Assembly: GCA_951406725.2 (NCBI GenBank)
Contig: OX597814.1
Coordinates: 122,450,001-122,514,000 of the forward strand
DNA length: 64,000 nt
Reading direction: 5' to 3'
Source of the DNA: Octopus vulgaris
Lineage: Eukaryota
A program made the position numbers and the translations under genes. Each line of letters begins with the position of its first letter. Within the stretch, counting starts at the first letter, position 1. Shown here piece by piece: positions 27,039 to 39,834 of this stretch. The notes beneath the pieces are model-generated. The model had not been told where the DNA came from, ran no database searches, and saw only the letters and a list, made by a program, of their open reading frames with translations.

Positions 27039-27250
27039 CTCTTATATAAAATTCGTTCTGTTTGTGTGTGTGTGGCTTATAGGATCTCGAGCATCCTCCA
27101 TCCGATTGCGCTCAAATTTGATATGTAGATACCGGCGGTATCAGGGCGTGTATAAGTCTTGAAAACATTACAAAAATCGATTCTAGGTGAGAAGGCGATC
27201 GATAAAGCCGTGGGAAATCGTTTTTCTTTGGAATAGAAAAAAAGTCTATC
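27038..27250 (+). mobile_element. Possible non-autonomous Helitron 5' end
   Basis: A|TC..TATATAAAA start, short (TG)n, then CCGATT..AAATTTG motif typical of animal Helitrons; no 3' hairpin-CTAG found. Confidence 0.4.
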
Positions 27251-27399
27251 TTTATTTCTTCTTTTGCTGGTGTCTCAAATTTAGGTTAAATCAGTGTTTC
27301 TCAAAGGGGGGAGGGCCATGGAACAGTCGGACAAGTTATTTTGAGAAAATTTGGTTTAAATGTTTGACAACTCAGCATCATCCATTAAACGGGGGGTGG

Positions 27400-27800
27400 C
27401 GTTTTGCCAGAATCTGGTACATGCATTTCCTTCTGTGGTCCTGAGATCTTCTAAACGTCTTTGATTTTGGCCACCAGCTCTGCTTTGGTGTTTCAAGCAG
27501 AGCGGTTGGTATCTTTCTCAACTGCACCCACGAATAGTAATCCATGATATTACAATCAGTAGAATTTGGGGCCTAGAAATCGGGGGTGGTGAAGGTGTAG
27601 AAAATCTCCGGTGACCTATTCTTGCTCTTTCCGGAAGTATGACAAGGAAATAAAGTCATGCGGCCATACATATGGTATTGACCGTAGTCTGTATCAATTA
27701 CACATAGCCGTATGAATTGGGCCTAAGGCCCATTCCAAGATGTAGGGCACCAAAACATCACTTTCAAAAGAGACACATCCTAAAGCTATCACGATCCTGT
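27400..27800 (-). pseudogene. Tc1/mariner (DD37D-like) transposase relic
   Basis: PNSTDCNIMDYYSWGAVEKDTNRSA*NTKAELVAKIK; same family as 46200-46400. Confidence 0.65.
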
Positions 27801-29055
27801 TTGTAGTCTTTGTATGTCACATCTTACAGCCTTTATAGTATTCACAGAACATTGCGCAGCAGTCACGATAACGCCATTTTGATACCCGGAGCGATTCTTT
27901 ATGATACTATTAACTCTTCTCCAATATTCGGAAGGCTCCCAGTTCTACATGCCTCATCTCCAACCTAAGTATTTACACTCGGCACGCCGTTGCCGTTGCC
28001 GGTTCATCAATACTTTATACTGAGTTATGTTCCATGTTGTAGCTAACCGCATCGGTTAGTATTTCATGTCTATGGCTATTATTAGCTGTCACTCACTTTG
28101 TAAATTCTTCTGATGAGTAATCCCGTGTTCGCTTCTCTGGGTGGTAACATTATCTGGAATGTACATTAGTAATAATTATAATGATATAGAATATGGAGAC
28201 TTGTTCGTCCACAAACTTGTTTCCTCTCAATTAATATTCCGTGCAGCATATTTTTATGGCTGTTCCGACCAAAACAATTTTTCCACTTAAAAAGTACGAG
28301 CATTTTCACATGCAACTGGGCACGATCTGTGATGCTTTTTTCAGAGATAGCGTATTCCAACACTATCGTATTCTTAGCAAAACTATACAGTCAGTATTCT
28401 AGATTTGGTAAGCTATATCATTCAATGCTGATACAGCTTTAATTCGAATAATATGGTAGTAAATTCCTCTACCTCTGCAACATTTTCATCTGTCAAGTAT
28501 GCGATCAATTAAGCTGCGTTATATGTTGCATTGCAGCGTTTTGAGGCTTAGTATTCTATTTGAAACGTACGTAACTAATAAATTATTAACAATTTTCCAT
28601 CCTTTCATGCGTTTTGTATCATAATCTGTGACTTTATACTGAATATATTCAGTATTCGATCTTCGGATTTTCGAACTTGACAGGTGGAAGAAAGTGGTTT
28701 TACAACAGACGTGGATTATGTTGGCATTCACTGCAGAATTTAGTTAGCCAGGTTTGATACTTACAAAGTGCTTTTAAAGTATTGTTATATAGATATAAAT
28801 GATAATCAGGATTTTGAAGTTTTCGAATACAAACAATAGTACCATTTCCAGGGAGTGATAAATGCTTTCGAACAGAAAATGTAACTAAGCTAGTGAAAGA
28901 GATAAGCGACAGATCATTACGTAACTGCAGGCGGAATGCAGAAACTTGCTTAAGATGTATGAAATAACGCAAAAGCACGTTAAATGGTGAAACATCACTT
29001 CGTTTGATTCAACTGAAGAACTGTGTAGGGTCTACTTCAAAAAATTGAGAAAGAT

Positions 29056-29187
<132 letters not shown>

Positions 29188-29923
29188 CTGTGATAAAATC
29201 ACGCATATAAAAAGGCAGAACTAGAAGTAGGAAGAAGAAGAAGAAAAAGAAGAAGAAAAATAGGAAGAAGAAGAAGAGGAAGAAGAAGGAGAAGAAGAAG
29301 AAGAAGAAGAGGAGGAAGAAGAAGAAGAAGAAGAAGAAGAAGAAGAAGAAGAAGAAGAAGAAGAAGAAGAAGAAGAAAAAGAAGAAGAAGCTTCATACCA
29401 TGGTGAGAAGACCTGTGGAAGGAGAAGGGAATGAAAACCAAATAAAATAAAGGAATGAGAGAGAGAGAAAAAGAGAGAGAGAGGTGATAATCGTAGTAAT
29501 TTCCCTGCAGCATGTGTCTCTTCATGTATGCATATTTTGTGAAATATACCCAAAGGGTATCAATTAACCAGTTGAATATTGTGACGTTCATGTTTTCTGA
29601 CGCAGGAATAGATTAAGCATTAGTTTGATTTTATCTTTCAGAGGGAGATAAATAATTGTTGTTGATAGCAACAGATATATCTAGAACCTTCAACATCGCA
29701 ACGTCGTCTGCATGGAAAACAAATAGTTAAGTCAATGATTATATATATTCAATGTAGTGAAGAAAAGTTTAGTTATTCAAATACGATGAAGGAATTAGCT
29801 CAATGAATTTTTCAAGAGATGCTTGTGATAACTAGGCATCTCAGTAAACATAAATTAGAATTAGGCACGCAATGAGAGGAAGAAATCATCAATGTAAATG
29901 TGATATTACAGTGTTTAAAATTA

Positions 29924-30489
29924 TTGGGTTGTCAGGAAAGTTCGTGCCGGTTTATATTAGCTTACCTTTCGACTTATTTTAGAACATGGTTGAGTCCATA
30001 AAATAGAATTTGACTACACCTCCATTTAAAGCACAGTTTAAGCTATCTTTTCGTGGAGGAAGATTTATGTTCCTATAACTTGTGTTAATTCTGTAATCCT
30101 TTAAAATGCAAGATAAGAAAGTTCATTTTCGGCACTTGATGCTTTGGGAACCAGACAAACATTACTGCAGCTCGGCTGGGATGTGTTACCCCACCCTCCA
30201 TATTCACCAGATATTTCTCCTTCGGATTTCCACTTATTCAGGTCTCTGCAGAATAGTCTTAATGGTAAAAATTTCAATTCCTTGGATGACCTAAAAAGAT
30301 ACCTTAATAAATTATTTGCCATGAAACCACGTCAATTCTGGGAAGAGGGTATTTTCTAGTTAAAGGAAACATGGAGACACATTGTGCAACAAAATGGTTC
30401 CTATTTTGTTGATTAAAAATGTAATGGCAAGTATTTATTGACCTTTTTCTTTCCTTTAAAAATCGGCATTAACTTTCCGGAAAACCCAA
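29924..30489 (+). mobile_element. Internally deleted mariner element with terminal inverted repeats
   Basis: TA|ttgggttgtcaggaaagttcgtgccg ... cggcattaactttccggaaaacccaa|TA; MQDKKVHFRHLML fused to GWDVLPHPPYSPDISPSDFHLFRSL. Confidence 0.93.
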
Positions 30490-30534
30490 TACAAAGTATC
30501 ATTCATGTATAAGTCGCACTCACCTATGTATAAG

Positions 30535-30945
30535 TCCACTCATGAGTGGATTTGGTCGACAGAAACTAAAAGAAGCCCGTCGCGCGAGTGTGTGTTTGGA
30601 TGTGTGGGTGTGTTTGTGTGTTTGTGTGTCTGTCTGTGTGTGTGTGTGTGTGTGTGTTTGACTATGTTCATGCGTTTGGGGGGGTGTATGTGTCTGTCTG
30701 TCTGTCTATGTGCATGTTTGTGTGTATGTGTGCCTTTGTCTTCGTGTTTGTTCCCCATCACCGCTTGACAAACGGTGTTGTGCGTTGGTATCCCCGTAAC
30801 TTAGCGGTTCTTCGAAAGAGACCGATAGAACAAGTACAACACTAAAATAAATAAGCCTTGAGGCCGATACATTTGACTGAAAGTTCTTCTAAGCCGTGCC
30901 CCAGCATGGCCACAGTCTAATGACTGAAACATGTAATAGGCAAAA
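30535..30945 (+). mobile_element. SINE family B, 5'-truncated
   Basis: Family B body and tail. Confidence 0.8.
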
Positions 30946-31415
30946 GGCTATATACACGCACGTAGCGCTTGTGAATAGAGGCAGAAGGATTAGTGTTGGA
31001 AACACATCTCGAGGCATTTGTCCTGGTTTTTTACGTTCTGAATTCAAACCTCGCTGTGGTCAACTTTACTAGGCTTAAAAAGAATAAGTCCTGGGGTTGA
31101 TTTGCTCGACTGAAGGCGGTGCTCCAGCATGGCCACAGTCAAATGACTGAAACAAGTAAAAGAGTAAAAGAGACCAGTACACGCGCGCACACACACATAA
31201 ATACTTGTAAAGGAGCAAGAAATGGAAGGAAGTTCAGAAGATTGCTCTCACGTGACTTTGCTTTCGATCTCACTCTGCAAACAATTTGAGGAAGTGTAAA
31301 AGGAATGGAACTAGCGAAACGAAAACTTATATTAGACTGTCGTGGGGGCTTGTATTGCTTCGTGACATAAACTCTTGCCCTATTCAAGACAGCCACTTGG
31401 CATTGATTGACTACA

Positions 31416-31432
31416 ATGGCGTCCATACTTAG
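31416..31432 (+). CDS. Candidate first coding exon (MASIL-R/S) of an unidentified host gene
   Basis: acaATGG context; consensus donor AG|GTAAG at 31432/33; phase 2, compatible with exon 63759; unique upstream sequence contains TCACGTGA. Confidence 0.35.
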
Positions 31433-31567
31433 GTAAGAATTTTAAGCAGATATCCGATATGAGATTAGACGGTGAATCATAGCTTCCTCATCTTTTCCAT
31501 CCACCTGTGTCAAAGACATTATAAAAAGTTCAGAGCAACGACTCTCCTTCTTTTACTGGTGTACAAC

Positions 31568-31630
<63 letters not shown>

Positions 31631-31798
31631 ATGTGTGCGCGTGTGTGTGTCTGTGTGAATGTATGTGAGTGTGTTTGAGTATGTGTGTTTACGTGCGTAC
31701 GTCCATAAACTGAGAAAGAAAGACAAGGCAATATTATATATGTGTGTGTGCATGTGTGTGTGCACGCGCGTGTATGTGTATGCGTGTGTGTGTGCATA

Positions 31799-31859
<61 letters not shown>

Positions 31860-31879
31860 ACACTTGTACATATATACAT

Positions 31880-31943
<64 letters not shown>

Positions 31944-32821
31944 CATATATATATATATGTATATACGGAAACACGTGTATACATCTTGTATAGTTTATAT
32001 CTGTATATGTTATTCTTCAAAGAAAACAGTTTCCAAAGAATATTATTGAGTGCCAAAGATTAGTGAGTTGATACGAAATTGGTGATACATTATCTACTGC
32101 CACGATCTGTCTGACAGTGATCAATAATCAAATATCGAATCATCTTTATGGTTGAATATTTCGTTCTTCGCCTCTGTATCAGGAACACCTGGCCACCAAA
32201 AATCAATCTGATCAATGATCTTTCTGAAATTTACCTTTTGTTTTTGTTCTTACGCCTGCCATTTGCACCTGCGATCATGTATAATGTTAGAAATAGATCA
32301 TAAGTAATTTAGCTGCTATATCTAGCAGTTCTTGCAACAACAGAGCGGTACTTACGCCTGTTCTTCATATTTACGTATTTGGTTGATATTTCTAGCAAGA
32401 TCGCACGATGGCCTTGGATCCAGTTAATATATCGTAAGTGTTTTGAGATTTTGAATATCTCTCTGATACTGTTGGTTTTATACACAGTATATTTCAGGAA
32501 CGAAACACTCCACACAGCTACGATATCACGCCATGTTTTTAGAAAGAGGTTTGTCATCATCACCGTTGTCGCCTTAGGTGTCTTTGCCGTCGTTATCATC
32601 GTCTTTGTAATCGTACCGGCAGTCGTTGCCGTCGCTGTTGTCCTCTTCTTCTTCTTCTTCTTCTTCTTCTTCTTCTTCTTCTTCTTCTTCTTCTTCTTCT
32701 TCTTCTTCTTCTTCTTCTTCTTCTTCTTCTTCTTCTTCTTCTTCTTCTTCTTCTTCTTCCTACTTCTTCTTCTTCCTACTTCTATTTCTGCTTTTTTTTT
32801 ATATGCGTGAATTTATCACCG

Positions 32822-32889
<68 letters not shown>

Positions 32890-32934
32890 GCCTGTCTGTC
32901 TGTCTATCTAGTATTAGTAGTAGTTGTTGCTGTC

Positions 32935-33432
32935 TTCTTCTTCTTTTTCTTCTTCTTCTTCTTCTTTTTCTTCTTCTTCTTCTTCCAACCAGGACTCACG
33001 CCATTAGCCACAAAGAATAATCTCTAATTCGAGCCTATCTCTAAGCTACGAAGAAATGAGTGTGGCAACTTGAAAATCGACCCACCACACGCGATAGACA
33101 GGCGGTTGCACGGGCGCGAAAGCTACGTTGTTATCCTCATTCCAGAAACGGTGGCTTTTAACGGGTTGGGTACAGAGAGTTCGCAATCTAGACTAGTGTC
33201 TGAAAGTTTACCACACCATGATTCCTCTGCTTTGTGGCAGAAGTAAGAAGAAAGACTGAGAGAAAGTTGTGGTGAAAGAGTACAGTGTGGTTCACCCCCA
33301 CTCTCCGCCGGAGATGCGTGGAACATAGATGTTTTTGCTCAATAAACACTCACAATGCTCGGTCTGGGAATCGAAACCGCGTTCTTACGACCGCGAGGCC
33401 GCTGCCCTAATCACTGGGCCATTGCGCCTTCA
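32935..33432 (-). mobile_element. SINE family C
   Basis: Reverse complement of the 22308 copy; acagcaac repeated on both flanks. Confidence 0.9.
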
Positions 33433-33848
33433 CGTTGCTGTTGTGGTAGTCGTAGACATGTTTTTATATATTTTAGTTCCGCCGATGTCATCATGGTCGT
33501 CATCATCGTCGTTGTTGCTGTTTTTAGTTCCTTGGAACTCGTCCTCATTCGCATTGTCGTTCTCATTTACTTCCACCTCTACCCTGATTGATCAGACTTA
33601 TGCATCAAAGGCATCCAGCAACGACTATCACCTTCTTTTAAGTGTATACAGCACTACATTATGTAATGTTCCTTTCCTTATACCAGAAGTCATTTTATGA
33701 TTTGAAGGAATCTTCGCTGCCATTTGTAACAATTCTGGCCACTATACAAAGGCTCTTAACCTGGCTCATGTCAAAACTTCATAGTACACAATGTGGGAGA
33801 AGTTAGGCTGACAGCCATAATTTTCTATACTTTAGTACGAATGCTTTA

Positions 33849-34045
33849 AGAGGGGGAGCTGGCAGAATCGTTAGCATGCGAAACAAAATGCTTATCGGCA
33901 TTTCGTCCGCCGTTATATTTTGACTCAAAATTCCACCGAGGTTGACTTTGCCTTTCATCCTTTCGGGGCAATAAAATAAGTACCAGTCAATCACTGGGGT
34001 CAATGTAATTGACTTACACTCCCTTCTTGAAATGGATGGTCTTGT
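33849..34045 (+). mobile_element. SINE family A (followed by further degenerate cores to about 34330)
   Basis: Family A head and core. Confidence 0.8.
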
Positions 34046-34639
34046 GCTTTTGATGCGTTAGGTTCCCAGTTCAAACCCTGCCAATGTTAATCTTGCTTTT
34101 CATCCCTTCAGGTACGATATCATAAAGTAACAGTTGGAGGAGTAAGGTAATGCTTCCTAGGAAATTGTACCTAAATCAGAAACCATTGTTTAAGAATATT
34201 TACGTGTCGTTAGGTTCTGAGCTCAAATAATGCAGCGGTCAGAATTGCTTTTCATCTATTCAGGGTCGATAAAATATAATACCAACCAAATATTGGAAGG
34301 GATATTATGAGCTTTCCCCTCACTTAAAACTGCTGAATTTCTACCTAGATTATTTAAAAAAATTTGGCAGCAAACTTGCAGATTCATAGAAGTACCGGAA
34401 CAAAAATGACTTCCAATCTCTCCAGGGTCACTTCAGCATTGATCTTTTGTATTCGATTTTCATGAATTAAGGCGCGGCCGTGCGATGAGAGTTTTGCTTC
34501 CCAACTACATGGTTGCAAGTTTGGTACTCCTGCGTGGCACCTTAGACAGGTGTCTTGTACTATAGCCCCGAGCCGACGAGATCCCTTTGAGTGGACTTTA
34601 ATAGAAGAAAATTGCATGGAAGCTTGTCGTATACTCTCT

Positions 34640-34852
34640 CTTTACTCTTTTACTTGTTTCAGTCATTTGACTGTGGCCATGCTGGAGCACCGCCTTTTAG
34701 TCGAGCAAATCGACCCCATGACTTATTCTTTGTAAGACTAGTTCTTATTCTATCGGTTTCTTTTGCCGAACCGCTAAGTTACGGGCACGTAAACACACCA
34801 GCATCGGTTGTCAAGCGATGTTGGGGGGACAAACACAGATAGACAAACATAT

Positions 34853-34907
<55 letters not shown>

Positions 34908-35061
34908 TACGACGGGCTTCTTTCAGTTTCCGTCTACCAAATCCACTCACAAGGCTTTGGTTGGCCCGAGGCTATAGTAGAAGACACTTGCCCAAGGTGC
35001 CACGCAGTGGGACTGAACCCGAAACCATGTGGTTGGTAAGCAAGCTACTTACTACACAGCC
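34640..35061 (-). mobile_element. SINE family B (faces a + strand family B head at 34470-34630)
   Basis: Near-complete reverse complement of family B. Confidence 0.92.
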
Positions 35062-35088
35062 ATATATATATATAATATATATAATATT

Positions 35089-35650
35089 GGATAAAATTTT
35101 CCGAAAAGATTTCTATCAATGGCCAGCAATATTAAAAAATACCTTTAAAGGTTAAATTTATAAACAACTTATAAACAAGGGCGAAAGAAAAAATTCTAAT
35201 ACCAAATATGTCGAAAATAGTCAAATCGTCAATAACCATATAATTTATCACTATAAGAACGCGTCTCGAAGTAAGCTAACAGAAATTTCTTTAAAAATGT
35301 CGTTATTATCGTATCGGTCCCAATTTCAGAGTTAATTCATAAGAATTTTCTCCTCGTCAGCGATAAATACGGTAAGAAATAACTGAAATTACTTACTTAT
35401 ACCCATGGAAGAAGCAAACACTAAGTCATGAGCACACTTAAGTACACCAAATATATCCAAAATAGAAATTCTCCAGCACACCTCGAGATACTTGCGATCG
35501 GACTGAAAACTCTCATAGAGTGAGAGAGTCCGGAAGTGAACACTATTGAATTTACATCTAATATAGGATAACATTTTTCGAAAAAAATTCTATCAATGGC
35601 CAACATATTAAAAAATACATTTAAAGGTTAAATTTATAAGTTGTTTATAA
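35089..35650 (-). mobile_element. PLE/retrozyme-like unit: ~477-bp-period direct repeat with degenerate hammerhead
   Basis: 35089-35163 repeats at 35566-35639; minus strand tttatcg CTGACGA ggag...cttc GAGACGCGTT..tgataaa at 35244-35367. Confidence 0.55.
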
Positions 35651-35724
35651 ATCTGGAATGCGGCATTAGATAGCGAAAATGTATTATATATTGTATTCTT
35701 TGACAGTCCTTCTATGCCTGATTA

Positions 35725-36090
35725 ATAAAATCCTTGCTACTCCTTCAATGACTGATGTAATTCTGCATACTCTGGCAAAGAGTGAATCACGTTACTCGAG
35801 ACACTCCTAAAACGATTGCGTAATATAGAAGTAAATACTTCTCAAATTACTGAATAATAAAGACCTGGATACTCCTGAAACGATTCAGCAATATTATCCA
35901 AGAGTCTAAGACACTAGCACAAAGCTTGGCATTGTTGTCCAAGATATTGCTACACACCCCAGTGATATTGTCCTATGTATTCGTTAAACACCTGAATAGT
36001 GTTGTCTTGGATACTCTTACAACATTTGAACAATGTAGTTCTAGAAACCCCTGCATGGCCTGAAAAATGTTGCTCAGTATACTCCTTTTC
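35725..36090. repeat. Highly diverged ~34-bp minisatellite, about 10 units
   Basis: Recurring (g)atactcct-like motif at about 30-42 bp spacing; approximate unit gtcctggatactcctaaaacacctgaataatgtt. Confidence 0.55.
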
Positions 36091-37285
36091 AAAGCTTGTA
36101 CGATAAAAGACTGGTACGCCTTTAATCACTCGTCTGCCTGATCATTACTGACAACAAGAAAAACATAACTGATGGCGACGGCGACGCCAAGGATAATAGC
36201 AATTGCATAGCAACAACAGCGGCATCAGCAGCAACTAGAACAATAGCGTGTCTTCAGAACTTTGCGATATATTTCTATAGAAGTATGAATTCCTATTTTT
36301 CAACTGTTTAATTTCCATTCATAGCTGAGAGCTAAATTTAAATATGCATTGCAATTTATTAATATTCTAGCTATTAATTTAAATATGTATCCCACCGGCA
36401 AGAGAAGAATAAAATATAAAAACAAAACACTCATATCTGGCCAGCCACGAACTAATAGCAAACAATGAATTAACCTGCTTACTATGGTAGCAATATAGAA
36501 TTAATTCTTCAGAAATTCTATAGGTTTAGGCGATGGTTTTTGAAGTGATCCGAAAACGTTTTTGAAAATATATTCAATAGTAACTGTATGCTTTGATAGA
36601 TTCATCTAATGTCTCTACTTGATACTTTCAAATCATGGGTAATTCTTTGCTAATTATATAGCTTACTAAATAGCTTCTTCCTCTGTCTGCGATACACTTT
36701 CGCTGGCATCAAAATAATTACCTTCTTCAAACTGAATTCAAAATAAAGTGTCCGCTTTGAAAGACCGGTCTGAGATTACTTAACCGTGTATGTTTTTCTT
36801 TTCTTTTCTTTTCTTTTCTTTTCATTATTTTTTATTGTAGTTTTTCTACGTGTCATTGACATTGATAATGTTGAAGTTTAATCAAATTACACTAGGAGCA
36901 GTTATTGATTTGTTCCGCTTGAGACAAGTGGAGTGAATGAATATAGACAATAACATATAACGTAAGAACCATTGTGGTATTGTGTTTACTGTCTCGAAGC
37001 TCCGCCAGCCAACTTCTGATCTATTGTGTAATAGCCTTTGAAATTAAAACAAGCTAGCAAAGTTTTCAAAGATATATATGCGTGTGTGTATGTATATGTG
37101 TGTATGTGTGTGTGCGCCTGTGTGTGGATATGTGTGCATATATATATGAATGAGTTTATGTATACATACATATATACCTATATATAGATATAGATATTGA
37201 GGTAAATGAACAAATTTATGAATAATTATATATACACACACACAAACACACACACATACACACACACACACACACACATACACAC

Positions 37286-37334
<49 letters not shown>

Positions 37335-37666
37335 TGTATGTATGTATGTATGTATGCATATTTGTATATATTCCTAGTACACTCCATTTTCAGAGTTGTT
37401 AGAGCGTTGGATAAAACGCGCTACGATGCTAGTTCCGGCTCTCTGCTATTTGAGTTCAGATTGTGTCAAAGTGAACGTTAAACATTATCATTTGATCTCC
37501 ATAAATACATCACTAGGTCAGTGCTGCTGTAGCCCTGTTTCGCTATTTCTGGCATAACCTTGATGTCCCTCGAGATCAAGTGTGGGCTGTTTATCACAGT
37601 ATGTCTTTGCGAATATACCGGCGTCGAAAATCATTGACGAAAACAGGCTACATGTGTTACCAAGTA

Positions 37667-39336
37667 CACTTGCGTCGGAAATTAATTAGCACTTCTCAAA
37701 TTTCTACATTTTCTTAAATTTTCTTAATTTAATTAACTTATTATCAGAAACGAACTCGTTTTTAATCAAAAATTTATTAAAACATATCCCAGCATACCAC
37801 ATAATTGTTATTAATCGTGAAATTTAGTCAATATCTTGTTGCTCCTCCTTTGGCAGCAATGACAGCTGCTACGCAGGTCGGCATGCTGTCTATGAGTGCC
37901 TGCAGGTACTGTGCAGGGATGGCCCTCCATGCAGCAAGAAGTGCCCCAAACAGCTCGTGTCGGTTCCTCTATTGCTGCACATTCAAATCCCTACCCAATC
38001 GACTCCAGAGGTTCTCAATAGGTTCAGGTCAGGTGACTGGCCAGGCCAGTCCATGACCGTCACCCCATGGTCCTTGAAGAAACCGGTTGTGAGCTTGGCT
38101 GTGTGGGAAGGCGCGTTGTCCTGCTGGAGCACGTACTCCTCGCCACCAAAGAGGTATCCCGTACTATCTCAACGTACTTTGCTGCGTTGATGTTGCCTTC
38201 GACGGCATAGAGCCGTCCAACACCACTGTAGCTGAACGCCCCTCACACCATCAGACCACCCCCACCATGCTTCATGGTGGGAGCAATGCAGCCTTTGTTG
38301 AAGCGCTCACCCCTGCAGCGTCGCACATGGACAGGCTTGTCACTGACGAGACTGAATCGCGACTCGTCAGTGAACATCATTGTCTGCCACTGCTGCACGG
38401 TCCATGTCTTGTGGGCACGGGCCCAGAGCAGCCGCCTCTTCCGGTTTTGGGCTGTAAGGAGCGGCTTCCAGTAATCTGGTCTTGACGGTGGTTGTAGACA
38501 ACTGCTTCCCTGTCATCTTTTGCATCTCCTCCGCCGGCTCGTTGCCCTTCGGTTGTACAGTGACTTTCGGATCAGCATCCGGTCCTCCTGCTGGGTCGTC
38601 AGCCTCTTCCGTCCCCTACCCTTTTTGTCAGCTGCTGATCTGGTTTCCTCGTATTTCTTGAATAAGCTCTGAATTGTGCGCCTGGCTACACCAAGTTTTC
38701 TGGCTATTGCAGCCTCCGACAGCTTCCCACGCCACGAGAGAGCCTCGTACCGTCTCTCCAAGGTCATGCGAGGTCCTGGGCCATCTAGGAATGAACGATA
38801 AAAACCAGTTATTTTCATTAAAACTATTCATTTGAATAATGTTATGCTATAACAAAACTGCTATGAGTTATTATTCATTAAACAAAAAAGAAAGAAAGCA
38901 GAATTTCTCACCTTATTTGATGTATAACAGAAAGTTTTGTGAACCGGAAGTGACGTCATCAAGCAGAGTGTAGGAGAATTTGTGAGGAAAAAAAATCTTG
39001 CAAATACACAAATCAATTAACCTACGAGCTGTTCAAAACGTCTTACGCGATGAGAAAACTTAGTACGGTGTGATTTCGGTCCTTGCGAGGCGCTACCTAT
39101 ATCTATTAAGCAAAGGAAGATTTGTCTGCATCCGCACTCCAAGTTGTTGTTGCACTGCTATGTCCACATCATTAGGCTGTAGACTCTCAAACTGCTCTGC
39201 AAACAAAATTACGTCATCGTTCTGCACAACAGTGAACTCACAACAAAGCAATAGTTCGAGATATGGCCACTAGGTGACAGCAAATACCTTGAGTGAAGAG
39301 CAAATCAAGGGTGCTAATTAATTTCTGACGGTAGTG
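37667..39336 (-). mobile_element. Full-length Tc1-like (DD34E-type) transposon with frameshifted transposase (about 38784-37826)
   Basis: Terminal inverted repeats TA|cacttgcgtcggaaattaattagcac / gtgctaattaatttctgacggtagtg|TA; HTH region IARKLGVARRTIQ, GRGRKRLTT; catalytic FTDESRF, QQDNAPSHT, WPGQSPDLN.IENL. Confidence 0.95.
38944..38958. promoter_or_regulatory. Overlapping ETS-CRE motif CCGGAAGTGACGTCA in the Tc1 promoter region
   Basis: Exact sequence seen 33 bp upstream (minus orientation) of a GTGAG donor preceding the transposase. Confidence 0.45.
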
Positions 39337-39349
39337 TACATACTGTGAG

Positions 39350-39418
<69 letters not shown>

Positions 39419-39797
39419 TTATTTTTGTATGTTAATGTGTATGTGCGTATGTGTGTGTGTGTGTGTGTTATTTGTTATTTAATTAAAACGTGGATTCATT
39501 CATTTTTGGAATGGTGGATCGCGAACATCATAAGCTCTTGGATAGAACAGGCTGCACTTGGAACTCGAAGCCAAATCCCCTGTAGGCATGACAGGCAATT
39601 CTCTTGGAACAAAGCGTAAATTCTTATGACGTCAACAATGTACGGTACTTCTTGGAAGAATAAAATTTCTAAAAAAGATAGAGACTTTCAAATGATTTGG
39701 TAAAACGCCTGTCATATCTTTCAAAGACGTGTGTTCGATTCTCGCAGGCGCGTTCGAAATTGTGTATCCAAATTTAGCCCGAACACACCCATACATA

Positions 39798-39829
<32 letters not shown>

Positions 39830-39834
<5 letters not shown>

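Noticed and set aside
28109-28116. Isolated CTGATGA heptamers (also near 40794, 43777 and 52887)
   Set aside because: No matching stem II, GAAA or stem I partner nearby
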